Shown in pieces: positions 9,430 to 18,392 of a stretch of 32,000 nt of DNA. The translations under genes were made by a program, and so were the position numbers. Each line of letters starts with the position of its first letter. Within the stretch, counting starts at the first letter, position 1. Origin of the DNA: Vibrio vulnificus CMCP6 (GTDB taxonomy: Bacteria > Pseudomonadota > Gammaproteobacteria > Enterobacterales > Vibrionaceae); the NCBI RefSeq assembly GCF_000039765.1, contig NC_004459.3, positions 810,001 through 842,000 on the forward strand, written 5' to 3'. The notes under the pieces were generated by a model that worked only from the letters and a program-made list of their open reading frames with translations, ran no database searches and was not told the DNA's origin.

Positions 9430-10632
9430 TTACATCTTGCTATCGAGGTATTTGCCCGTTTCTTTATGACCGAAATCGGGGATCATCGTAAAGAAGAGCG
9501 CCACAATCTGCTCTTTGCTCCAAGCTCGTTGACCTTTCATTTGGGCAATTTGTTCTTCAAAAAGACTCAACAGCTCCGGTTGATACAGAGGTTCATTTTT
9601 GATGATGCCCAAATTTTCAAAACGTGCCATATCAAGCACTTCTTTATCAGTGAAAAACTCTTCGAAATCCTTTTCACCCGTCGTATCACTTTCGGTGAAA
9701 AGACAAGGCCATTTGCCTTGTGCTGGTAGTGTTTTGGCGAGCTCACGCGCTTCATCTTCATTGGCACACAAGTGAGGCTCGTAACCACGTTGCTTGAGGT
9801 ACTTCACTGCAATGTCGGCAAAAGTGATCAGATGCAATGCTTCACTGAGTTTCGGGAAGAAAATGTCGCGATTTTCACCAAAAATACACGACATCAAACA
9901 CAGCTCACCCGATTCTTGAGGGGTAACAAAATAACGTTTGATATCATTTGGTGCGACAATCGGCTGATTTTTTTGGATACGTTGGTTAAAACCATGCAAC
10001 AGTGAACCATCAGAAAAGGCCACGTTAGCAAAACGCGCAGTTGAGATGGCAATTTGCTCACTCTTACGCATCAAGAACATTTCCATAATGCGTTTGGACG
10101 CCCCCATCATATTGACTGGGTTGGCCGCTTTATCCGTCGAGACACAGAAGTACTTTTTAACGCCAGCATCAATCGACTGTTGAATCGTCTTATCAGTGTT
10201 GAATACATTGACATCGATCATTCGCATTAAGGTAAATGGGTCTTTCTCACTGCGAACATGCTTAAGTGCAGATAAGTTCAATACATAGTCATATTGGCCA
10301 TCCGCCTTAATAAACGCATCATACTCAATAGAACCGATGTCCAACGCGAATGTTTGGAAATCGCCATCTATGTAACCGAATGAACTGCGAATATCGCGGA
10401 CCAACTCCACCATATTGTTCTCACTGATATCAACAACGTGCAACTTCTGCGGATGGCGCTTAAAGATTTCTTTAGTGACCGCTTGGCCAATCGACCCCGC
10501 ACCGCCAAGAACAAGAAAGCGTGACTCTGAAACGATACGAGATAGCTCAGCTTCATGCTGAGCAATGTCTTGAGTAAACAGCGCGTCGGTACGACCGATA
10601 AGAGGTAGAATTGGGTTCATAGTATTTATCAT
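9430..10632 (-). CDS. NDP-N-acetylglucosamine 4,6-dehydratase-type SDR enzyme (LegB-like, Polysacc_synt_2/CapD family)
   Basis: 400 aa; RFLVLGGAGSIGQAVTKEIFKRHPQKLHVVDISENN, FCVSTDKAANPVNMMGASKRIMEM (SxxK region with the usual catalytic Tyr position replaced by Met), IKRYFVTPQESGEL. Confidence 0.88.
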   Translation of the reverse strand: MINTMNPILPLIGRTDALFTQDIAQHEAELSRIVSESRFLVLGGAGSIGQAVTKEIFKRHPQKLHVVDISENNMVELVRDIRSSFGYIDGDFQTFALDIGSIEYDAFIKADGQYDYVLNLSALKHVRSEKDPFTLMRMIDVNVFNTDKTIQQSIDAGVKKYFCVSTDKAANPVNMMGASKRIMEMFLMRKSEQIAISTARFANVAFSDGSLLHGFNQRIQKNQPIVAPNDIKRYFVTPQESGELCLMSCIFGENRDIFFPKLSEALHLITFADIAVKYLKQRGYEPHLCANEDEARELAKTLPAQGKWPCLFTESDTTGEKDFEEFFTDKEVLDMARFENLGIIKNEPLYQPELLSLFEEQIAQMKGQRAWSKEQIVALFFTMIPDFGHKETGKYLDSKM

Positions 10633-10653
10633 GTAATTGTTTCAACTGCCTAA

Positions 10654-10659
10654 ATTATA
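10654..10659 (-). promoter_or_regulatory. Candidate -10 box (TATAAT) for the minus-strand nonulosonate operon
   Basis: Plus strand reads ATTATA, complement TATAAT, 22 nt upstream of the 10632 start codon. The -35 at proper spacing (TTTAAT) is a poor match. Confidence 0.35.
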
Positions 10660-10760
10660 CTATAGACTTAAACATGATTAAATCTTACCACGCAACCATG
10701 TTTGCGATGTCAGCAAACAAAGATGCTCAACCAAAGTAGACAACTGCACCTCTTCTGACT

Positions 10761-11759
10761 ATGAACCTTTTTCTCTCTACCTCACCACTCCAGCTCATTT
10801 GCTGTATAGAAGCTAAACGCTTTTATAACACAAAAAACAATATCTTAATTCTAAGAGAAGAACGTTCTTCAGCAGGTAATGAGCAGATTAACAAGCTACT
10901 AGATAAGAGTGAGTGGGATTCAGTACTAATACTGAAACGAAATAGTAAGATTTGGAACACAGCACGACTTATACATAAGATAAAAAGTTTAAATCCAAGC
11001 TTGCAGTTCGAGCATTTCTTTTTTGCAGATTACTTGGCGTGGAGAACCAATGTTCTTCTCGCAAACATAAAAGCTAGCAATGAAGTCATGCTCGACGATG
11101 GAACAAATACAATATCAACATTCAAGACTCTTATTGAAACTGAACAGCATGTTTATCGGAACAAAAGAAGTCGAGATATACTAATGTCTGCTCTTGGTAT
11201 TAAAAAAGCTAGAGTGATTTATCCAAGAAAAACATTCCGCCTTTTCACTTTTTTTAATCTAGTATCTAAAAAATTCCCCATTGATAGAAACGATTTCATC
11301 ACACTGAAAGAAAGACTTAATATAAATTATTGTTTTTCAGAAACAGCCCCAGTCGGCTTCATCGGTCAAGGTCTGGTTGGCAGTCGAGGAATGAAAATTA
11401 CGGAATATTGCAACCTGTTAAAAACAATTATAAAAAAGCATCCGAGAGGACTCATTTATTTTCCACATAGAAGTGAAACTAAAGACGTTGAAAATATAGT
11501 AAGGAGCATCAATGGTGTCGACTACAGAAAAACGTCTTGTCCAATTGAGTTCGAAATATCTAATGAAGAAATAAAGCTATCCACCATTTATGGTATAACA
11601 TCCGCAGCTTCATTTACATTAAGTAAAATCTACACCAACATACCAATCTATGATATCGAAGTTCCCATTGAAAAATACGAAATGCCATTACTTGGGGAAA
11701 CTTTGGAATCATTAAGAAAAGAAATTGGGTTACCTTATGCAGAGTTGCCAGATTGGTAA
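10761..11759 (+). CDS. Putative sialyltransferase-like (GT52/GT38-type) glycosyltransferase, candidate nonulosonate transferase
   Basis: 332 aa; N-terminus MNLFLSTSPLQLICCIEA; three ordered motifs resembling bacterial sialyl/polysialyltransferase motifs: DDG (EVMLDDGTNT), HP-like (LIYFPHRSE) and a Ser-rich motif (YGITSAASFTLS). Divergent from the biosynthesis operon. Confidence 0.68.
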   Translation: MNLFLSTSPLQLICCIEAKRFYNTKNNILILREERSSAGNEQINKLLDKSEWDSVLILKRNSKIWNTARLIHKIKSLNPSLQFEHFFFADYLAWRTNVLLANIKASNEVMLDDGTNTISTFKTLIETEQHVYRNKRSRDILMSALGIKKARVIYPRKTFRLFTFFNLVSKKFPIDRNDFITLKERLNINYCFSETAPVGFIGQGLVGSRGMKITEYCNLLKTIIKKHPRGLIYFPHRSETKDVENIVRSINGVDYRKTSCPIEFEISNEEIKLSTIYGITSAASFTLSKIYTNIPIYDIEVPIEKYEMPLLGETLESLRKEIGLPYAELPDW

Positions 11760-11769
11760 CCCCTCGACT

Positions 11770-13605
11770 CTATCGACTAAATCGACTGATCTGCTCTAAG
11801 GCTTGCTGCAGATAGGTAAAATTCGGTTGTTGATCTTTCAACTGGCGATTGGTTTTGTCCATAAATTGGTACTGGCCACCGCCACTCACTTCTAGGATAT
11901 TGTCATCGGTAATAATGGCATAACCGCTGTAGTTTGAGGAAATGATCCAATCACGTTTTACTGCATCACCGAGTAAATCTTCGCCAACCGAGTAATCTTT
12001 CACATCGTTGGTCACCCCGAGATAGTGCTTCATCAACGTCGGTACAACATCTTGGTGGCTAGTGAGCGCTTCGCTACTCCACTGCATCTTCGCCGCATCA
12101 ACGCCAGGGCCAAAGATAGCAAACGGCACGTTGACCTGCGCATCGGTAAAGTTGCTGTTGTGCCCCCAGAAGTTGAGTTTGTTGTCATTCATCTCTTGCC
12201 CATGGTCACCGGTAATGATCACCAAGGTGTTTTCCAGATCGCCACTCTCTTTGAGTTTATCGAGCACTTTTGTTGCCATTGAATCGACATAACGCACACT
12301 GGTTTTGTAGCGATTGAAAAATGGCGTCGGATCCGTGTCGTTGTGCAGCTTGAGATAATTCACCTCTTTGAGTATCGGTTCGTATTTCGGCTCAAAATCT
12401 GCAGGGAAATCGTAGCCATGTGGCGCATCGTAAAACAAGAAAGAGAACGTTGGCTTCGACTTATCACGTTGATCGTACCAAGCTAACCAATCTTGAGTGA
12501 GGTTAGCATCCAGCTCAGACGGGCGACCACCTTCAGAGCCAATACGTAAGTTTTCCACTTTGGTGAAAACCGTTTGATTGAATTCCGGTTTACGCAACTG
12601 AGCGGCAGTGAAAATACCTAATTGGTAGTCCAGAGCCTGTAGACGGTCGATCAGTACCGGGCTTTGTTGGTTTGCTAAGAAGCCATGCCAGTAGGTGCCC
12701 GGAATGCCGTAGAAAAGACCAAAGATACCTGTACGAGTCGCGTTGCCTGTCGCGATGTGATTATTGAAAACCACACCCGACTGCGCGTATTTCCACATGT
12801 TTGGCGTATTGTCTGCGTTGAAGGTATCGGCACGCCAAGAATCCACCACCAGCAACATAATATTGAGCGGTTTCTCTACAGGTTGTGTTTGAAGTGGTGC
12901 TAATGGGTAATTCAAATCATTTTTGCGTTTAAACGCCAGTGCCTTTTGACGCTCAAGCGCCTCTTCATCCACCCAACCTTGTTTGCGCATAAATTTATCT
13001 GCTGTAGCAGGATAAAACAGCGGTAAATAGCGCTTCACCGTGGTCACCGGTTGATAGGCATGCGCTGCGGCCCAAATATGAATCGCATTGGTGGCCAGTA
13101 GCGCAGCAAAGGTCAACAACGCAAATTTGCGGCCAAGTTTCAGCGCTCTGACGGGTGCACCATTTTCTAGCCAGCGAATTGTCCACCACTGAGCGGCCAA
13201 CAACAAAGCAACACCGCCAATCACCATTAACCAAGTGATCAACGGAAAGCTAACAATTTGCCCCGACATCACGAGCTCTAGCACCACCGCATTAATATGG
13301 AATCGATACTGTGCAAACACGATGGTATCAATAAACAAAGTCGCGACGCCTAACGAAGCAATTAGAGCTTGGGTACCATTACGAAATGGTTTCGGCAAAA
13401 ATAAGGTGGGAATGGTCACCAAACCAATGAGCGCAGCAAGCAGCGTCATCTGCCCCCAAGTACCAGCAAGAATAAAGGTGATGCCTAATGGATCCGTCGG
13501 GAACTCTGGCAGAAAGGCGAAATAACGACTGGCAATCAACATTAACACCAAAGCGTTAATTAGAATAAACCAGCCGTGAGCGTGCAGCTTTTGCTTAAAA
13601 GACAT
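11770..13605 (-). CDS. YejM/PbgA-like inner-membrane sulfatase-fold protein (DUF3413-type N-terminus)
   Basis: 611 aa; N-terminal membrane helices (GWFILINALVLMLIASRYF...), then periplasmic alkaline-phosphatase-fold domain (NIMLLVVDSWRADTFNADNTPNMWKYAQSG, NTLVIITGDHGQEMNDN, FWGHNSNFT). Confidence 0.85.
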   Translation of the reverse strand: MSFKQKLHAHGWFILINALVLMLIASRYFAFLPEFPTDPLGITFILAGTWGQMTLLAALIGLVTIPTLFLPKPFRNGTQALIASLGVATLFIDTIVFAQYRFHINAVVLELVMSGQIVSFPLITWLMVIGGVALLLAAQWWTIRWLENGAPVRALKLGRKFALLTFAALLATNAIHIWAAAHAYQPVTTVKRYLPLFYPATADKFMRKQGWVDEEALERQKALAFKRKNDLNYPLAPLQTQPVEKPLNIMLLVVDSWRADTFNADNTPNMWKYAQSGVVFNNHIATGNATRTGIFGLFYGIPGTYWHGFLANQQSPVLIDRLQALDYQLGIFTAAQLRKPEFNQTVFTKVENLRIGSEGGRPSELDANLTQDWLAWYDQRDKSKPTFSFLFYDAPHGYDFPADFEPKYEPILKEVNYLKLHNDTDPTPFFNRYKTSVRYVDSMATKVLDKLKESGDLENTLVIITGDHGQEMNDNKLNFWGHNSNFTDAQVNVPFAIFGPGVDAAKMQWSSEALTSHQDVVPTLMKHYLGVTNDVKDYSVGEDLLGDAVKRDWIISSNYSGYAIITDDNILEVSGGGQYQFMDKTNRQLKDQQPNFTYLQQALEQISRFSR

Positions 13606-13649
13606 GTAACTAACTTCCTGAGACTTACGTCTATTAATGAGAATAGCGA

Positions 13650-14360
13650 TTATTGTTGACTTTCGTAGCCTGTCAGTAAGGCGTGAAAATCTTTGTCGTG
13701 CCAGTGAATACTTCGCTTCACTCGCTCTTTGTTAAATGAGCGTTTGAGTCGATCTAAGTTCTCTTGTTTCCAACCATCCCCAGCTTGCGGATAGCATTTA
13801 TCAAAATCGATAATCCAGATCGTTTCCTGCGCATCAATCAGAATGTTGTGAATATTAAGATCGGTATGATTGACGCCAACGCGATGCATTTTCGCAATTT
13901 CGACACCGATTTTTTGGTAAAGCTCCGCACTCAGTGAGTGTTTTTGCAGTATGGTCACTAAATCTTGCGCATTGGCAATGCGTTCACTCAGCAAGTCCGC
14001 TTGGTAAAAAAGCCCTTTTCTCATCGCATAGGCTGCGATCGGTCTCGGTACATTGACCCCGGCTTCGCGTAATTGTTTAAGCAGATGAAATTCTGCGAAA
14101 CTGCGTGTTGCAGACCAGCTTTGAAACCAATAGTGATCTTTCACCAACTTGCCGAATAGTCCACCGCGACGATAGTGACGCAGTGCTGCTGTGATCTTGG
14201 GCAGTTGCACAAACCACGTGGTGCCGCGCCCAGTGGCACTTCCCACCACTTTGTTTTGTGCTTGCCAATACTGCGGGTCAAATAAAGCCAGCTCTGGCGA
14301 ACTCACCCATTCGCTGTCGTAACAAATTCGACTTTGACCAAACTGCTGTTGTTCAATCAT
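13650..14360 (-). CDS. kdkA: 3-deoxy-D-manno-octulosonic acid kinase
   Basis: 236 aa; HYRRGGLFGKLVKDHYWF, VNVPRPIAAYAMRKGLFYQADLLSE, GVNHTDLNIHNILID, WIIDFDKC kinase motifs. Confidence 0.9.
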   Translation of the reverse strand: MIEQQQFGQSRICYDSEWVSSPELALFDPQYWQAQNKVVGSATGRGTTWFVQLPKITAALRHYRRGGLFGKLVKDHYWFQSWSATRSFAEFHLLKQLREAGVNVPRPIAAYAMRKGLFYQADLLSERIANAQDLVTILQKHSLSAELYQKIGVEIAKMHRVGVNHTDLNIHNILIDAQETIWIIDFDKCYPQAGDGWKQENLDRLKRSFNKERVKRSIHWHDKDFHALLTGYESQQ

Positions 14361-14414
14361 GCTTTACCACCACCAATCATGCTTTACCACCACCAATCAT
14401 GCTTTACCACCAAT
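14358..14414 (-). repeat. Three-copy tandem repeat (ATTGGTGG[TGG]TAAAGCATG, 20-bp unit, first copy 17 bp) spanning dgkA stop to kdkA start
   Basis: Minus strand reads ATTGGTGGTAAAGCATG / ATTGGTGGTGGTAAAGCATG / ATTGGTGGTGGTAAAGCATG. Copy 1 contains the dgkA TGG TAA end; copy 3 ends in the kdkA ATG. Confidence 0.97.
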
Positions 14415-14862
14415 AGTGACTACCAACGATATAAAGCCATGTAAAACCAGCGAAAATCAACGCCACCAGCACCGCCGCAGAACCAATGTCTTTAGCTCGG
14501 CCACTGAGTTCGTGATGCTCCACCCCGATGCGATCCACTACCGCTTCCACCGCTGAATTCATTAATTCAACAATCAGCACCAGCACAACCACCGCAAGCA
14601 ACGTGATACGTTCAAGCATCGATACATCAAACCAAGTCGCTAGCACTATTGCAACGACGAGCAAAGCAAACTCCTGACGAACCGCAGCCTCATGCTTAAA
14701 TGCCGCTTTCAAGCCCTGAATCGAGTAGCCTGTGGCTTTTATTATGCGCTTAATACCAGTATTGCCTGGCTTGCCTAAATTTGGCTGAGTCATAGAAGGG
14801 ATTGCCTTATCGTTGCCATCAATGAAAGAGGGGTATTTTACATTTATCTTGGGTATCTGCAT
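14404..14862 (-). CDS. dgkA: Diacylglycerol kinase; actual start probably the internal Met at MTQPNLGKPGNTG
   Basis: AAFKHEAAVRQEFALLV..., VELMNSAVEAVVDRIGVEHHELSGRAKDIGSAAVLVAL is the canonical DgkA signature. Confidence 0.93.
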   Translation of the reverse strand: MQIPKINVKYPSFIDGNDKAIPSMTQPNLGKPGNTGIKRIIKATGYSIQGLKAAFKHEAAVRQEFALLVVAIVLATWFDVSMLERITLLAVVVLVLIVELMNSAVEAVVDRIGVEHHELSGRAKDIGSAAVLVALIFAGFTWLYIVGSHYWW

Positions 14863-14894
14863 AATTTAGCCAGATATTTTTTTGAGCAGAACTT

Positions 14895-15956
14895 ATGCCG
14901 CTTTTTGAACAAGCCCCAAACTCCGTCTGTTTCCTACGTTTGTCCGCCATTGGTGATGTTTGCCATGCGGTCGCTGCCGTTCAGGCGTTGCAACGCCACT
15001 GGCCTTCCACCAAAGTGACCTGGGTGATTGGCAAAGTCGAAGCGCAACTGCTACAAGGTTTAGAAGGCGTTGAGCTGATCGTTTTTGATAAAAAGCAGGG
15101 GCTCGATGGCATGAAAGCCGTTTGGCGCCAGTTGAAAGGGCATCGTTTTGATGCGCTTGTTCATATGCAACTTGCCCTAAGAGCAAGCATAGTCACTCTT
15201 GGCATCAAAGCCACGTATAAGGTTGGCTTTAACTTTAAACGCGCAAAAGAAGGGCAATGGCTGTTCACCAATCGCAAGATCTCCGATACAGAATCTGCGC
15301 ACGTCTTAGACAGTTTCTACTCGTTTATCGAATATTTGGGTGTGCCCCGAACGCCTCCTCAATGGCAATTGCCCATCAGCGATGCTGATCATCACTTTGC
15401 CCAAGAGACCCTCGGTGACCAACCCACCCTTGTCATTTCGCCGGCAGCCAGTAAGGATGAGCGTAACTGGTTGGCAGACCGCTACGCGGCATTAGGTGAT
15501 TATGCTTATGAACAAGGCTATCAAGTGGTGATTTGTGGTTCTCCCGCTGAACGCGAAAAAGCCTTGGCTGCGGATATTCTACGCCACATGCAGCACCCTG
15601 CGCTGAATTTAGTGGGTAAAACCAACCTCAAACAACTCACCGCACTATTAAACAAAGCTGCCGTGGTATTGGCGCCCGACTCTGGTCCCGCGCACATTGC
15701 CACGACCCAAGGCACCCCCGTCATTGGCCTTTATGGACACAGTAACCCCAAGCGCACCGGACCATACAATAACCTCAACGAGGTAGTGAGCGTCTATGAG
15801 CAATTTATTGTCGAACAACACGGCAAAGCGGCTGAAACTCTGCCTTGGAGCACTCGCGTTAAAGGCGATCATATTATGCAAGCAATCTCGGTCAGCGATG
15901 TGATTCACAGCTTTGACCACATCACGAAAAAGGAATCAGCATGTCTGAATCAATAA
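14895..15956 (+). CDS. Glycosyltransferase family 9, ADP-heptose:LPS heptosyltransferase I-like
   Basis: 353 aa; [74 protein letters not shown]. Confidence 0.88.
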   Translation: MPLFEQAPNSVCFLRLSAIGDVCHAVAAVQALQRHWPSTKVTWVIGKVEAQLLQGLEGVELIVFDKKQGLDGMKAVWRQLKGHRFDALVHMQLALRASIVTLGIKATYKVGFNFKRAKEGQWLFTNRKISDTESAHVLDSFYSFIEYLGVPRTPPQWQLPISDADHHFAQETLGDQPTLVISPAASKDERNWLADRYAALGDYAYEQGYQVVICGSPAEREKALAADILRHMQHPALNLVGKTNLKQLTALLNKAAVVLAPDSGPAHIATTQGTPVIGLYGHSNPKRTGPYNNLNEVVSVYEQFIVEQHGKAAETLPWSTRVKGDHIMQAISVSDVIHSFDHITKKESACLNQ

Positions 15957-16732
15957 ACAAGCCAACGCTCGCCGTGGCTCTGATTGTTAAAAATGAAGCC
16001 GCTAACTTGGATGCCTGCTTAAAAACGGTTGAAGGTTGGGTCGATGAGATCGTTATTTTGGATTCAGGCAGCAGCGATGAAACCGAAGCCGTTGCCAGAC
16101 GCTACACCGACAAATTCTTTATTAACAAAGAGTGGCCGGGCTTTGGCCCACAACGCCGTCTTGCTCAGCAGTATGTTGAATCCGATTATGTGCTTTGGCT
16201 CGATGCCGATGAGCGTGTCACACCTGAGCTGAAGTTGAGCATTCAACAAGCGGTAGAATCCAATGAAGCGAATACCCTTTACAGCATGTGTCGCCTAAGC
16301 TGGGTATTTGGTCGTTATATCCGTCACTGTGGCTGGTATCCTGATCGTGTGGTGCGTCTCTATCCTACCAAGTTGACTCAATACGACGATGCGTTGGTGC
16401 ATGAGAAGGTGGAAATCACCAAAGCAATGAAAGTGAAAGAGTTACAAGGGGATGCCATCCACTACACTTACAACGACTTGCACCATTATTTGGTGAAGTC
16501 TGCCGGTTATGCCAAAGCATGGGCAGAGCAACGTGAGAAACGAGGTAAAAAGAGCAGCATCTCTCAAGGCGTACTGCATGCCATTGCTTGCTTTGTCAAA
16601 ATGTACATTGTCAAAGCGGGCTTTTTAGATGGTAAGCAGGGCTTTCTGTTGTCGCTACTTTCCGCGCACTCCACACTGGTGAAGTACGCGGACTTGTGGA
16701 TCAGGACAAGTACGGAGAAACCCAAGGATTAA
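15941..16732 (+). CDS. Glycosyltransferase family 2, WaaE/KdtX-like LPS core glycosyltransferase
   Basis: 263 aa; [74 protein letters not shown]. Confidence 0.88.
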   Translation: MSESINKPTLAVALIVKNEAANLDACLKTVEGWVDEIVILDSGSSDETEAVARRYTDKFFINKEWPGFGPQRRLAQQYVESDYVLWLDADERVTPELKLSIQQAVESNEANTLYSMCRLSWVFGRYIRHCGWYPDRVVRLYPTKLTQYDDALVHEKVEITKAMKVKELQGDAIHYTYNDLHHYLVKSAGYAKAWAEQREKRGKKSSISQGVLHAIACFVKMYIVKAGFLDGKQGFLLSLLSAHSTLVKYADLWIRTSTEKPKD

Positions 16733-17735
16733 GCTGCACCAGCGCCGCATCAATGTCGATGCGGCTCATATCCGCTTCCATTGCTTCACCGCCACCTTTT
16801 GGTGGGCAAAACGCCAGATGGCGTCCTTCTGAGTTGAGTGGTCTCCAGCGCAATGGCGTTGAAGAACGCTTACTTGGAAAAAATCCGACAGTTGGAACAT
16901 CCAAGGTCGCCGCAATATGCAACGGTCCTGTTGAGCCAGCAATAAATAGATCAGCGCAGGCAATGGAGCGCGTAAAGTCGACAAGGCCTTCATTCTTGTC
17001 ATACACCACCCCTTGGCCACCTAACTGAGCGTATTCTTTCAATAGCTGTTGTGCTTTTTCCGTTTCCCCCGGCCCCGCCGTGACAATCAGTTGAAAATCT
17101 TGCTCGATCCCTTTTAGCAACTCGGCATATTGTGACAATGTCAGGTTATTGGCTGAGCCACCCGTGCCGGCATGCACCATCACCCAAGCCTTATGCGCTT
17201 CAATGCTGAGCTGTTCGCTGAGCTTGAGTTTTTGCACACTCAATTCGGTTTCGTCAAACGAAAGAAAAGGCGCTTGAGGCTCAACTGCCGTGACTTTTTG
17301 CTCATTCAAGAAGGTGCGAATGAGATCAAGATTGTACTGATATTCCGGTTTGGCGGATTGTGAGCGTTTCTGCTTAATTCTGCGGTTATAAAAAATCTGT
17401 GCGATTTTTGTTGCAGGTGCCAAGCGATACTTAATGCCCGCTTTCCACACGAGTAACGCATTATACGTTGTCGAAAACAAGTTGATTGAGGCATCAAACT
17501 GACGTGACTTGATCTCCTGAACCAACTGCTTCGTGGCTTCTTTGCCTGCCTTTTCAGTTGGGTCCAATAATACATCGTCAATCCATGGGCAAAGTCGCGC
17601 CAACTCTTGCGTATAACTTGGTACTAAAGCGGTAATGTGCGCTTCTGGCATCGATTGCTTGAGCATGGCGAAACTTGGCCACGCAAGCATAAAGTCGCCA
17701 ATTTTATCATTCCGGATAACCAGTATTTTTTTCAT
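16701..17735 (-). CDS. Glycosyltransferase family 9 (heptosyltransferase-like)
   Basis: 344 aa; [67 protein letters not shown]. Confidence 0.87.
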   Translation of the reverse strand: MKKILVIRNDKIGDFMLAWPSFAMLKQSMPEAHITALVPSYTQELARLCPWIDDVLLDPTEKAGKEATKQLVQEIKSRQFDASINLFSTTYNALLVWKAGIKYRLAPATKIAQIFYNRRIKQKRSQSAKPEYQYNLDLIRTFLNEQKVTAVEPQAPFLSFDETELSVQKLKLSEQLSIEAHKAWVMVHAGTGGSANNLTLSQYAELLKGIEQDFQLIVTAGPGETEKAQQLLKEYAQLGGQGVVYDKNEGLVDFTRSIACADLFIAGSTGPLHIAATLDVPTVGFFPSKRSSTPLRWRPLNSEGRHLAFCPPKGGGEAMEADMSRIDIDAALVQLNPWVSPYLS

Positions 17736-17803
17736 TGTTCTGCTGCCGTTTGATTTTTATGTCGTCATGATACATGCATATTGATAGCATGTAGACATTT
17801 TGA

Positions 17804-18316
<513 letters not shown>

Positions 18317-18327
18317 GAAATAAAACA

Positions 18328-18366
18328 AAACCCGCCCGATGAAGCACCTGAAAGCGGGTTTCTCTT
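18328..18366 (+). terminator. Rho-independent terminator downstream of coaD
   Basis: AAACCCGC ... GCGGGTTT stem (18328-18335 / 18354-18361) followed by a T-rich stretch (CTCTTTTTTATT). Confidence 0.75.
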
Positions 18367-18392
18367 TTTTATTGCTGCGTGGGCTGACAATG

